Positions 1 to 9,960 of a stretch of 59,466 nt of DNA are shown here, one piece after another (within the stretch, counting starts at the first letter, position 1; each line of letters starts with the position of its first letter). The notes under the pieces are model-generated. The model was not told the DNA's origin. It searched no databases and saw only the letters and a list, made by a program, of their open reading frames with translations. Position numbers and translations under genes: made by a program. This DNA comes from Poseidonia sp. GTDB taxonomy: Archaea > Thermoplasmatota > Poseidoniia > Poseidoniales > Poseidoniaceae. The stretch lies in the NCBI GenBank assembly GCA_038124565.1, contig JAYPCE010000005.1:1-59466 (forward strand), written 5' to 3'.

Positions 1-55
1 AACCCTCGATCAACTCCGTGTAAGGGAGGTGTCATAGCCGCTAGACCACAGACCC
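1..55 (-). tRNA. tRNA-Val(TAC), 3' part cut off by window edge
   Basis: Minus strand reads GGGTCTG TG GTCTAGCGGCTATGAC A CCTCC CT-TAC-AC GGAGT TGATC GAGGG TT: acceptor 5' strand, D arm, anticodon TAC, start of T arm. Confidence 0.9.
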
Positions 56-135
56 ATCCCACCCTACGGAACCTCCTTTTTCAAGAATACGCCACCTGCG
101 GTAACCTCAAGACATGAAGCCATGAGAGTCGGTCA

Positions 136-825
136 ATGGATGCGAATATCCAGGCAGCCGCCGCTCGGCTCAGCCGACGCCTCAAGAAGGGGAATTACAC
201 ACTCACATTAGCCGAATCGTGTACGGGGGGCTTGTTGGCCAGCACCCTCACCGACATCTCTGGTTCAAGTGCGTGGTTTCAACGATCCTTCATCACCTAC
301 GCCAACCAAGCAAAAATTGAGGAGTTGGGTGTTGACCCAGAAGATTTAGCCACCAAAGGGGCTGTATCGGCTCAAGTCGCCATTCAAATGGCCAAAGGAG
401 CCCTCAAGCGGGCGAACGCCGATTACGCCATCTCCGTCACGGGTATTGCCGGTCCCACCAACGAAGGAAGTTCAAAGCCCGTAGGAACGGTTTATGTCGG
501 CATCGCATCCAGAACATGGGCGAATGCCAAACGAACCCAAATCGGTGGAACACGCGCCGAGAACAAGGCTGGCTTCGTTCACTTCGCCCTTCTGACCGCC
601 ATGAATTGCTGGGACGAAGCCATGGTTCGGATGAAAGAACAAATCGCCAAGGAAATCAGCGACATCGAGGAAGCACTGCGTCTGCAAGCCGAGCGAGAGG
701 AAGAACAAGCGCGCCGCAACGAAGCGGCTCGCGAGCAAGCGCCGTGGCAGGATGAAGCCTGGGAAGCAGAAGCAAAGGGTCCGAAGTTTGAACTTGAAGT
801 GGAATGGACCGACAGTGAAGAGTGA
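136..825 (+). CDS. pncC: CinA C-terminal domain protein / nicotinamide-nucleotide amidohydrolase (PncC family) with acidic coiled C-terminal tail
   Basis: Motifs AESCTGG, ITYAN.AK, GAVS, SVTGIAGP, PVGTVYVG. Confidence 0.88.
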   Translation: MDANIQAAAARLSRRLKKGNYTLTLAESCTGGLLASTLTDISGSSAWFQRSFITYANQAKIEELGVDPEDLATKGAVSAQVAIQMAKGALKRANADYAISVTGIAGPTNEGSSKPVGTVYVGIASRTWANAKRTQIGGTRAENKAGFVHFALLTAMNCWDEAMVRMKEQIAKEISDIEEALRLQAEREEEQARRNEAAREQAPWQDEAWEAEAKGPKFELEVEWTDSEE

Positions 826-887
826 AGTTCACTCCTTCAAGGAATGTGACCCACAGACCTTTTGAATCGTCGTGAGTCTTTCGACTC

Positions 888-2486
888 ATGGGTGAGCCAT
901 GGTCCAACATTGCCGCCCTGCTCAAACAGCAAAAATTGCTGGCGCCCCAGTCCCTTCACGAACGTTTGTTGGCCCTTCAACACCCGAAACTGGTCATTCA
1001 AGCTGCGAGTGAACTCAACATTTCGGGCGGTGTACTCACCTCTACCATGCTCGATGACATGATCGCCCATGTTGCCGGCCAGGGCGCTTCGACCCCACCC
1101 AGCACCACCATTGTGACCCAACAAGCGACCGATTTAGCCAGAAGCATCGCACCCCTTCACGAACCAGAACCCGTTGATTTGCTCTTGCGCAATAATTTGC
1201 CCGACTGGAATCAGACAGACTTCGCCATGCACGCCAGTGATGCTGCCTCCGACATCACCGTTCATTACGACATCACCGGGAACTCAACAACGGAAGGGAA
1301 AATGTCGGACATCACGGCGTGTTTTAACGACCGACTCAACACGATTCGACGCCTCATCATCCAGAATTCAAGTCTACCGAGAAAGCACCAGGAAATTTCT
1401 CGCCTTCAAGCAGAATTTTCTCGCTACCAGGGTCACGAAAACAAAGCGGTCGCCATCGGACTGGTGAACGAGCCTCGGTACACGAAAAACGGCCATCTGA
1501 TGTGGGGTTTGGAAGACGAAACGGCTGAAATGACCTGCCTGTTAACGAAGCGAAGTGGTGATGACCGTGACCGAGCCCACGAAGCCATCCTTGAGGCAGG
1601 GTTGATGCCCGATGATGTGTTGGGTGTTTCCGGCACGTTCAGTCAAACAGGCGATGTGTTCTATGTGGACGACCTCCATTTCCCACTTGAAACAAAACAC
1701 AAGAAAGTCAACGCAGAACAAGGCGTGAGCGTGGCCTTCCTGTCCGATATTCACGTCGGCTCGAAGACGTTTCTCGAAGCCCAGTGGCATAAGATGGTTC
1801 GGTGGTTCCACACCGACCCACTTGCAAAGACCATCAAGTACCTCATCCTTTCAGGCGATTGTGTTGATGGCGTGGGCATCTATCCTGGTCAGGACAAAGA
1901 GTTGGCCATACCTGACCTGTTCAAACAATACAGCGAATTTGCACGCCTCTTGGAACTTCTACCCGATTGGGTTGAGTGTTTAATGCTGCCAGGAAATCAT
2001 GACGCTGTGCGGCCTGCTGAACCTCAACCGACCTTTGAAAAGGACATTCAACAAGATTACAACACCACGACCTTTGTCGGCAACCCCTGTGATTTCTCAC
2101 TTCACGGTGTTCGCCTTCTGTCCTACCATGGGAAATCCATCGACGACTTCGTAGCAGGTTTGCGAACCGTCACATACGCCGACCCCGTTGAAGCGATGAG
2201 AGAGATGCTCCGCCGCCGTCACCTCGCACCTCAATGGGGTGGAAAGACACCCCTTTCACCCGAGCCAGAAGACGGTTTGGTGATTCGGGAAGTCCCCGAC
2301 ATCTTCGTGACCGGTCACGTGCACGGGCACGAATGTGTGGATTTCAGAGGCACGACATTGGTCTGTTCGAGCACATGGCAGGACCAGACCTCGTACCAGA
2401 GGATGTTGGGGTTCCAGCCCAAGCCCTGCATGTTGACCATCATCAACTTGCAGAGCCACAAGTCGATTTCCATACCCTTCGCGTGA
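888..2486 (+). CDS. polB: DNA polymerase D small (proofreading exonuclease) subunit DP1
   Basis: OB-fold region, then calcineurin-like phosphoesterase motifs SDIH, GDCVDG, PGNHD, YHG, HLAP, GHVH and WQDQT.YQ. Confidence 0.95.
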   Translation: MGEPWSNIAALLKQQKLLAPQSLHERLLALQHPKLVIQAASELNISGGVLTSTMLDDMIAHVAGQGASTPPSTTIVTQQATDLARSIAPLHEPEPVDLLLRNNLPDWNQTDFAMHASDAASDITVHYDITGNSTTEGKMSDITACFNDRLNTIRRLIIQNSSLPRKHQEISRLQAEFSRYQGHENKAVAIGLVNEPRYTKNGHLMWGLEDETAEMTCLLTKRSGDDRDRAHEAILEAGLMPDDVLGVSGTFSQTGDVFYVDDLHFPLETKHKKVNAEQGVSVAFLSDIHVGSKTFLEAQWHKMVRWFHTDPLAKTIKYLILSGDCVDGVGIYPGQDKELAIPDLFKQYSEFARLLELLPDWVECLMLPGNHDAVRPAEPQPTFEKDIQQDYNTTTFVGNPCDFSLHGVRLLSYHGKSIDDFVAGLRTVTYADPVEAMREMLRRRHLAPQWGGKTPLSPEPEDGLVIREVPDIFVTGHVHGHECVDFRGTTLVCSSTWQDQTSYQRMLGFQPKPCMLTIINLQSHKSISIPFA

Positions 2487-2489
2487 ACA

Positions 2490-5400
2490 TCACTGCCATG
2501 GGTCGTCGTCCTTCGGTCCGTTGCGAACCCTGAGGAAGGCAAGGAGAACGAGCAAGATCACAACAAGCGCCACCAGTTGAATCGACGTGTTCGATACGCC
2601 CGTGGCCTCGTTCTCTCCATCATCCATTGGTGAGCCATCGTCGTTGGTAGGGTTGTCCACCGTCGCTCCAACCGATACCGTGAACGTTAAGCTGTTGCTG
2701 TTGCTGTTGCCGCTCGCATCTGCGCTGACGACCTCGAGGTCGTAGGTACCATCTGGCAACACATCGGTGGTAAAGGCGTGGTTCTTCTTGGTCGCAAAAC
2801 CGTCCTCATGCACCGATTGGTCGTTGAGGAGGACGGTTTCAGTAGCGCTCTCCGAAGTGTACCAAGTGACCGTTACGCGCCCGTCTTCAAGCACCTCTGC
2901 AGCGAGGTTCAAGACATCCGGAGGCGTTTCATCAACCACGGACCCGGTCATGAAGGTCACGAACACGGTCTCGGTTTCGTTCGCACCGATATGAGCCACA
3001 TAGGTGGTGTTGACCTCCAAGCCGGTCAGGGTTACGGCGTGATCGGTCCCTGGTGCAGTCCAAAGGCGGTCGTCTGTTTCGCTCGGTGTTTGCCCCTCAA
3101 CAGCGAACTGAACCGATGTCGCATCGGCGACGGTGGTTGACCATGTGAGGACGGCGGAGCTTGCCGTAACAGTCTCCACCGATGCGCCGAAGATTTGCTG
3201 CGGCACTTCGGGCATCTCAAAGCCGGTGAGTTGAGCGTAGGTGTGTCCTGCGACATCGTAACTCGAGAGCATAGCAGTTTGGCCATCGCCGTCCAGGATG
3301 ACATCGATGATGTTCGGGTCGTAATCAATGCCGTCGTCTGGCGCAGGGTTGGCACCGCCTCCCAGCGTCCACGTTGCGGCTTGTTCCATCACGTCTCGCC
3401 ACTTGCCGGTGCCAAACCCGTCTTGGCTTCCAATCACGATGATGTATCGGTAATTGGGGATGTCCGAACCAATGACGTCTTTGCTGACGGTGAACGTGAT
3501 GGTCTTGGCCTGAACATCGCCGGTCACATCAATGCCACGAGCGGAGGCACTTCCGGTTTCAGCTTGGACTGCTTGCACCGCACCCGGTTCACCCGTCCCG
3601 CTGATGGCCACTTCCCAAGCCCAGTCTGGATGGACCTCAGCATTGGCACCGGTTAGCATGGAGGTGCGGCCGTAGGTGGTCTCACCTTGGTCAACGTAAA
3701 TCTGGACAATCTGGTGGCTAAAGCCATTGGCCAGCCCCCAAAAATCGGTCATTTCACTCATGGTAAGAATAAACTGCGCGTTCCATGCACTCTGGCGAAT
3801 CGTGAGGTGCGTGGCGTCCCAAAGCCCACCTCCTGAAGGTGTGTTGAAATCGGTTGCGAGCGGATAGACGTAATCGCCATCACCCGTTTCATCGCCAACA
3901 GCGTCGTCCAACTCCAGCAGCGTCACCCATTCTTCGAGGTCGGGCAACACCATTTCAGCAGGGGCTGGAGGGGCCATTTCAGCATCAATTCCATCGCCAT
4001 AGGACAACGAATCTCGCCAAGAGGTGACGACCTTCACGCGAGTGGAATAACGGGGTGCAAGACCGATATCTGCCCATGGAATGGCAAATTCATACACCTC
4101 ATCAACGGCACAGCCGCCGAGATTGGAACTGCCCGAAAGCACCCAACGCTCCTGGTCACCAACTTTGCCTTGAGCACTGAACAAATTCCACTTCGCACGG
4201 CCGTCCTCACGTACCGTATCGAAGTCAAAAGCCACCATATACTTGGATGGGAATCCAAGGATTTGGTTTCCATAGTAGGTGCGGAAATTGGTTTGTGCTT
4301 CGTTGAAATTGACGGCGTTTGGCTGCATGAAGTAAATCGCCAAATCGGGTGAAGTGTAGGAACCTTCCCCGGAAGCGTTGGCGAGTTCCTCGGTTGTGGC
4401 CGCATCCACGCGGAAGAAGACATTTGATGCGTCGTAACCGAAGTAGAACGATTCAATATCAAAATCACCACCGGAAACCGGAGCATCGTATCGGGCTGCA
4501 CCGTCCCATTCACCAGGGAGTGCAACGCCGTCGATCATGGGCTCAATGATGCCGCTTGCTGCGGGATTGGCAACGGCAGGATTGGTCCACAAGTCCTGGA
4601 GGTAAGGTGGAAGGTCGAGGTTGATGGCGCGGTAAATGTTCGACAAATGCACCTTGAACAGCACGTCCCAGTTCTCGTCGTAACCACTGTCTTGGTCAAG
4701 GCCGTACCACCAATACCAGTCGCTTCCTTCGGCGATGTACAAGGATTCCCAAGCGGCGGGAAGGCCAGGGTCGTTGGGATGACTTTCCTCAAACTCCACC
4801 AAGGCCTTCCGGGCTTCAACGAGACGCTGCCAAGCCAAGCTCTCTTCTTCTTCCCCTGCCCATGTGCGAAGGGTTCCATCAATCCACGAACCGGTACCGA
4901 TGGTCTCGATGGCCGGAAGAGTGGTGCCTTTGGTCAAGAATTCTGAAGGCGTGGTGGTGATGATGGTTGGGTGGTCGGCCAAACGTCCGTACCATTCGGC
5001 CATGAAGGGACGAGCGTTATCCTGATGTTGGAATTCTGACATGAACATCCAGTTCTCTCCGTCAAGGGCCACGGTCAGCAAATGGTCGGACGGGTCTTCG
5101 CCCGCATCGAGCAGTTGTTGCCGAACGTTGTCGATGTACGCAATGAAATCGGAAACGGCGGCCTCAGGCGTCATAGTGCCGTACTGGAAGGCAATCCGGT
5201 CGGAAATTACGCGGTCTCGGAACACCACGGCCACTTCACCGCCTTCTGTCCCTGTCACGGTCCATGGCGTGGCCAAATTGGCGGCATCCTCGACATCGAT
5301 CAGTTGGCCGTTGCTATCGGTTGACTGCTTGAGAATCTCTTCGTCGGTGACCATCCATTGGATGCCTACATCACTGACCGGTTCGACCATTGGAGGAGAA

Positions 5401-6830
5401 ACCGCCTCCTCGCTTGGCCACATGCCGGTCGGGCGGAATCCAAGTTCGGCCTCAAACAAGTCCATGCCCGTCACCAAATGGTTCTGAACATCCTCAGGCC
5501 ACGCTTCTTTATTCACGCGGATGCCATCTTCCATGGTCCAACCATCCATCATCAGCAACGGCATGATGGGGTGATAATACGGAGTGGTTGTGAGTTCAAC
5601 CTGCCCGTTAGCAGCCAGTTCGCTGTACATGGGCAGGACATTACCCATGTGCGCATGTTGAGCGTCCAACACATAGGCGAGGTCAGACAGGTTGTACTGT
5701 CCGTTTTGCATGAACAATGCGATGAGCCCCTCGTCTCGATGGCTTGCGTTGTAATCGCCCAACACATAATCGGGAGAAAACTGGTAGAGGTACCAGAGCA
5801 CCTGCAAATCGAGGAAATCTTGGGGCGCCAGCAATTCATCGTCCATGATAGTGGCGGGTTTCAAATTGTGAAGCGTCATGTCGTAGAGTTCTTTGTAGCG
5901 AGCGCTTGACGGATAGAGCCAGCCCAATTTTGCATCGCTCTGAGATACATTGTAAATCCACCCGCTGTTCCAAAACGACTGGAATTGCATCGTGTGAAGT
6001 TCGAGGTCGGTGGCGTTGGGGTACCCGCCCTCACTCCAAGAACGCTTGGCAATGTCGGTATGCACGTCCAGTGTCTCTTCGGTGTGGTAGTCGACAAGTT
6101 GCTCAATGAACGAAGGCACGAGGTTGTAGGTCACCTTGGTTTCTGTATCGGCGAGGATGCCGGGCGAATCCACGTATTCTGTCATAGCGTGCACGCGAAC
6201 CCAAGGCATCTCGTACATCCCGGTAAGTTTGTTCTTGTAGTACGGTTGATGTTGGTGAAAAATGATGGCCAAATTGAGCGCATCGTCCACCTTGTCAACC
6301 CCTCCTGATTCAACAACTGGGATTGTTTGTGGAGACGTGACATTGGTGATGTTGTCCACATGCCAGGCGTGCGTGAAGGTTTCAGCGCCGTTGTTGGATG
6401 AAGGATTTTGCAAGGGAAACGAAGTCCAAACATGACCCTGGTCTTGCCATTGGGCGTAGACAAGGAGTTCAAACCCATCGGGTGAACCAAGCGCCTCCCA
6501 CGGCAGGGCAAGTTCGGTCACGTCGTTGTCAGCCCAACCTGCATACAGGTCCACATCGGTGGATATGTCTTGCCATGAACTCCCGTCGTGAGCGATATGC
6601 CGGAAGTAGGTGTCGTCCTCCAAGACAAAACCGTGGTCGGCTGCAAAGGGCAGGGTATGAGCAAAGCCCCAATCCCGAGCCAGCACAGAACCACCTTCGG
6701 AGGTGTTCAGGTACACGAACAAATCTGCACCAGAGGTCGTGGACTTCCAATCGGTTCCTTCCCAACCGATGAAGAGCATCGTCTCGTTCCATGTCAGCCG
6801 AAAGTCAACGCCGTTGGCGTCGGTGGCCAT
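2490..6830 (-). CDS. apu: Membrane-anchored GH57 amylopullulanase with DOMON-like/glucodextranase and FN3-like domains; natural start probably 6959 (see findings)
   Basis: GH57 motifs HQHQPYY, ELTTTPYYHPI, WPSE (nucleophile), ALDGENW (acid/base), AEGSDWYWW; C-terminal glucodextranase-like domain (DAVGDETGDGDYVYP, GFSHQIVQIYVD); C-terminal TM helix followed by RVR. Confidence 0.92.
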   Translation of the reverse strand: MATDANGVDFRLTWNETMLFIGWEGTDWKSTTSGADLFVYLNTSEGGSVLARDWGFAHTLPFAADHGFVLEDDTYFRHIAHDGSSWQDISTDVDLYAGWADNDVTELALPWEALGSPDGFELLVYAQWQDQGHVWTSFPLQNPSSNNGAETFTHAWHVDNITNVTSPQTIPVVESGGVDKVDDALNLAIIFHQHQPYYKNKLTGMYEMPWVRVHAMTEYVDSPGILADTETKVTYNLVPSFIEQLVDYHTEETLDVHTDIAKRSWSEGGYPNATDLELHTMQFQSFWNSGWIYNVSQSDAKLGWLYPSSARYKELYDMTLHNLKPATIMDDELLAPQDFLDLQVLWYLYQFSPDYVLGDYNASHRDEGLIALFMQNGQYNLSDLAYVLDAQHAHMGNVLPMYSELAANGQVELTTTPYYHPIMPLLMMDGWTMEDGIRVNKEAWPEDVQNHLVTGMDLFEAELGFRPTGMWPSEEAVSPPMVEPVSDVGIQWMVTDEEILKQSTDSNGQLIDVEDAANLATPWTVTGTEGGEVAVVFRDRVISDRIAFQYGTMTPEAAVSDFIAYIDNVRQQLLDAGEDPSDHLLTVALDGENWMFMSEFQHQDNARPFMAEWYGRLADHPTIITTTPSEFLTKGTTLPAIETIGTGSWIDGTLRTWAGEEEESLAWQRLVEARKALVEFEESHPNDPGLPAAWESLYIAEGSDWYWWYGLDQDSGYDENWDVLFKVHLSNIYRAINLDLPPYLQDLWTNPAVANPAASGIIEPMIDGVALPGEWDGAARYDAPVSGGDFDIESFYFGYDASNVFFRVDAATTEELANASGEGSYTSPDLAIYFMQPNAVNFNEAQTNFRTYYGNQILGFPSKYMVAFDFDTVREDGRAKWNLFSAQGKVGDQERWVLSGSSNLGGCAVDEVYEFAIPWADIGLAPRYSTRVKVVTSWRDSLSYGDGIDAEMAPPAPAEMVLPDLEEWVTLLELDDAVGDETGDGDYVYPLATDFNTPSGGGLWDATHLTIRQSAWNAQFILTMSEMTDFWGLANGFSHQIVQIYVDQGETTYGRTSMLTGANAEVHPDWAWEVAISGTGEPGAVQAVQAETGSASARGIDVTGDVQAKTITFTVSKDVIGSDIPNYRYIIVIGSQDGFGTGKWRDVMEQAATWTLGGGANPAPDDGIDYDPNIIDVILDGDGQTAMLSSYDVAGHTYAQLTGFEMPEVPQQIFGASVETVTASSAVLTWSTTVADATSVQFAVEGQTPSETDDRLWTAPGTDHAVTLTGLEVNTTYVAHIGANETETVFVTFMTGSVVDETPPDVLNLAAEVLEDGRVTVTWYTSESATETVLLNDQSVHEDGFATKKNHAFTTDVLPDGTYDLEVVSADASGNSNSNSLTFTVSVGATVDNPTNDDGSPMDDGENEATGVSNTSIQLVALVVILLVLLAFLRVRNGPKDDDPWQ

Positions 6831-6959
6831 GAGCGTGTCTGAATCCCAATCTGCAAACGACCCGTCTACGGTGATGTCTTCCGGTGTCGTTCCCTGAACA
6901 CTTGATGCAAAAATTTATGCGAAAAATAACATCAACAGGAAGTTGGCCTTGAGCCGCAT
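6831..6959 (-). other. In-frame 5' extension of the GH57 gene (signal peptide plus start of first domain) interrupted by TAA at 6915-6917
   Basis: Reads MRLKANFLLMLFFA*IFASSVQGTTPEDITVDGSFADWDSDTL in frame with M6830: basic N-region, hydrophobic core, VQG cleavage-like site. Confidence 0.85.
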
Positions 6960-6981
6960 AGTTATGGACGAGAAGTGATAA

Positions 6982-6988
6982 TTTCAAA
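6982..6988. promoter_or_regulatory. Putative bidirectional TATA box (TTTCAAA/TTTGAAA) shared by apu and malQ
   Basis: Centre at 6985 lies 26 nt from ATG 6959 (-) and 27 nt from ATG 7012 (+), the spacing of leaderless archaeal promoters. Confidence 0.55.
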
Positions 6989-7011
6989 GGCTTTGGCGCT
7001 ATGAAGAATGT

Positions 7012-8265
7012 ATGGGACCCAAAGGTGTGCTTTGCCACCTCACCTCACTCCCTGATTCTGGACTTGACGGAGCTCGACGCTTTCTGGATTGGATGAGCGA
7101 CGCTGGGTATTCAGCGTGGCAGATGTTGCCGGTCACGCCTCCTGACGAGCACGGCTCCCCCTATGCATCGCCATCGGCTTTTGCGGGCTGGCCCGAATTC
7201 ATGCAGAGTCACCGCATGGAAAGAAACGATGAAGACGAGTACTGGATGGATGACTGGGCCTTGTACGCCGCCATCAAACAAGCGCACGAAGGCCAGCCAT
7301 GGTTCGAGTGGCCAGAACCATTGCGAAACAGGGATCATCAGGCACTGGAAGCCTATCGAGAAGATGCCCAAGTTCATCTTGAACAACAGGTCCGCTTCAA
7401 CGCTGCTTGGGCCGACCTCAAACAACATGCTGTAAACCAAGGCATCCACCTCATTGGCGATGTTCCTATTTTCATCTCCCACGATTCTGCTGATGTGTGG
7501 GCGCACCGGCATCTCTTCCAACTGGACGAGCAGGGCATGCCAACACATGTTGCTGGTGTCCCGCCGGACTATTTTAGCGAGGATGGACAGCGCTGGGGAA
7601 CGGTGCTTTACGATTGGGAGGCGCACCGCCAAGATGGCTGGCGATGGTGGAAAGAACGAATGAAGCGAATGTTCCGACTGTTCGACACCGTGAGAATTGA
7701 CCACTTCCGCGGTATCCATTCAAACTGGGCTATTCCGGTGGAGGACGAACATGCCAGAAACGGCCACTGGCAAACCGGGCCAGGCGAAGAATGGCTTCAG
7801 GCCATCGTTGCTCTTGTCCCTTCACCCGAGAACATCCTCGCCGAAGATTTGGGTATTATTCCAGATGAGGTAATTGACCTGCGCCGGCGCTTTGGCCTTC
7901 CGGGCATGGCCGTTTTGCATTTTGGTTTCAACAGTGACAACGCCAACAACCCTCACCACCCCGCCAACATTCAACCCGACCAAGTGGTTTACACGGGCAC
8001 GCACGACAACGACACGACGATGGGGTGGTGGGACGCACTCGACCCGTCCACTCAATCCGAAGTTTCATCGCTCATGAAGCCCAATGAATCCCCCTCACAG
8101 GCCCTGATTCGTATGGCACAATCATGCAATGCAAGGATGAGCATCATTCCGTTGCAGGACGTGCTAGAATTGGATTCGTCTGCACGCATGAATACGCCGG
8201 GGACAGCCTATGGCAATTGGAAATGGTCATTTTCATGGGACGGTTTGTTACATGGACAATCATGA
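7012..8265 (+). CDS. malQ: 4-alpha-glucanotransferase (amylomaltase, GH77)
   Basis: WQMLP, SPY..PSAFAG, IGDVPIF, AGVPPDYFSEDGQRWG, RIDHFRG, AEDLG, YTGTHDNDT, RMNTPG..GNW.W. Confidence 0.95.
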   Translation: MGPKGVLCHLTSLPDSGLDGARRFLDWMSDAGYSAWQMLPVTPPDEHGSPYASPSAFAGWPEFMQSHRMERNDEDEYWMDDWALYAAIKQAHEGQPWFEWPEPLRNRDHQALEAYREDAQVHLEQQVRFNAAWADLKQHAVNQGIHLIGDVPIFISHDSADVWAHRHLFQLDEQGMPTHVAGVPPDYFSEDGQRWGTVLYDWEAHRQDGWRWWKERMKRMFRLFDTVRIDHFRGIHSNWAIPVEDEHARNGHWQTGPGEEWLQAIVALVPSPENILAEDLGIIPDEVIDLRRRFGLPGMAVLHFGFNSDNANNPHHPANIQPDQVVYTGTHDNDTTMGWWDALDPSTQSEVSSLMKPNESPSQALIRMAQSCNARMSIIPLQDVLELDSSARMNTPGTAYGNWKWSFSWDGLLHGQS

Positions 8266-8307
8266 CGACCGTGAATCTCTTAACCCGTTTTTTCTTGGAA
8301 GGACCCA

Positions 8308-9960
8308 ATGGTCTCAATTGCCTATTTTACGGCCGAAATTGGGCTCTGGTCTGAACTCCACACCTATTCGGGTGGATTGGGCGTTCTGGCAGGCGACCAC
8401 GTCAAAGCAGCAGCCGATGCTGAGTTGCCACTTGTGGCCATGAGCTTGCTTTACAGAGAAGGATATGGAAAGCAACATTTGGATGCAAAGGGAGAGCAAA
8501 CCGAGTCGTACGCCCCCATTGACCCTGCGGACCATTTGGTCGATACCGGTCAAGTGATTCAGCTGCCGCTTGACGGAGAAACCCTGTACGCCAATGTTTG
8601 GAAAACCAACGTGAAGGGCGTCAGCGGCCATGTGGTGCCGGTGTATTTCCTTGACACCCACCACCCCAACAATTCCACTACCTTCATTGGACTCGGTTCC
8701 CGTTTGTACGGTGGTAACGACCAAACACGGATTCGTCAGGAATACTTGTTGGGCGTAGGTGGGGTTCGCACCCTTCAGAAACTCGGCTACAACTTTGCTG
8801 GGATGCACTTGAACGAAGGGCACTGCACGTTTGCTATGTTGGAAATGCTCAACCAAGGCTGGACCAGAGAGGAGCTCGCACAACGCACGTTGTTCACCAC
8901 GCACACCCCTGTTCCCGCAGGCCACGACCGGTTTGAATGGTCAGATGTTGAAACCGTGATGGGGCCTCTCCTACCTGCGGATGCCAAGGACTTGGTCAAA
9001 GGGGCAGGTGACCCTGAAAAGGGTGAACGATGTTCAATGTCCCACCTGGCCGTGGCATTGGCCTCCTCGGTCAACGCTGTATCCAACCTCAACGCTCACG
9101 TGGCTTCGTCGATGTTTGCCAACGCTCACATTGCACCCATCACCAACGGTGTCCATCACATCACCTGGACCTCCCCAACGATGGGGCAATTGTTTGACCA
9201 GCAACTGCCTGGTTGGAGGGAAGACCCTAGCCAATTAGGCTATGCAGGAAGCATCCCCGACGCCGCACTGCTCGATGCAAGAGCCACCAACCGGCGCATA
9301 TTGCGAGAATTGGTGAAACTCACGACCGGCGTTGAATTGGAAGAGCACCGTCTGACCATTGGATTTGCACGCCGATTTGCCACCTACAAGCGAGCCAATT
9401 TGGTGTTCAGTGACCTTGAACGGCTTCGCGCCATCGGTGCAGGCAACATTCAATTCGTCTTCTCTGGAAAAGCACACCCGAAGGACGAAGGTGGCAAACA
9501 ATTGATTCGAGACATCTTCGCCTCTGCAGGCGAGGTGGCGCACGATATCCCCGTGGCCTTCATTGAAAATTACGATATGGCCACCGGCTTGGCCATGACC
9601 AGTGGCGTTGATATTTGGCTCAACAACCCCATCCGACCGTTGGAAGCCTCCGGAACCTCTGGCATGAAAGCCGCTATGAACGGTGTTCCAAATTGTTCGA
9701 TTCTTGACGGATGGTGGCCTGAGGCTTGCGAACATGGCGTCAACGGCTGGCAAATCGGTCAAGCCGAAGACGACCGAAACGATGAACGGGACGCTGAAAA
9801 CATCTACGCTGTCCTCGAAAACGATGTGCTCCCCATCTGGAAAGAAGGCGATGCGAGGTGGGCCAAACTGATGCGGGCGAGCATCGCCACGTCTGCCCGC
9901 TTCACGGGCGCAAGGATGATCACCGACTATCTTCACTTCTACAATCAGTTCTCGTCGTGA
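8308..9960 (+). CDS. glgP: alpha-glucan (maltodextrin/glycogen) phosphorylase, GT35, short form
   Basis: YSGGLGVLAGD, HLNEGH, FTTHTPVPAGHD, ITNGVH, ARRFATYKRA, GKAHP, PLP-binding EASGTSGMK. Confidence 0.95.
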   Translation: MVSIAYFTAEIGLWSELHTYSGGLGVLAGDHVKAAADAELPLVAMSLLYREGYGKQHLDAKGEQTESYAPIDPADHLVDTGQVIQLPLDGETLYANVWKTNVKGVSGHVVPVYFLDTHHPNNSTTFIGLGSRLYGGNDQTRIRQEYLLGVGGVRTLQKLGYNFAGMHLNEGHCTFAMLEMLNQGWTREELAQRTLFTTHTPVPAGHDRFEWSDVETVMGPLLPADAKDLVKGAGDPEKGERCSMSHLAVALASSVNAVSNLNAHVASSMFANAHIAPITNGVHHITWTSPTMGQLFDQQLPGWREDPSQLGYAGSIPDAALLDARATNRRILRELVKLTTGVELEEHRLTIGFARRFATYKRANLVFSDLERLRAIGAGNIQFVFSGKAHPKDEGGKQLIRDIFASAGEVAHDIPVAFIENYDMATGLAMTSGVDIWLNNPIRPLEASGTSGMKAAMNGVPNCSILDGWWPEACEHGVNGWQIGQAEDDRNDERDAENIYAVLENDVLPIWKEGDARWAKLMRASIATSARFTGARMITDYLHFYNQFSS

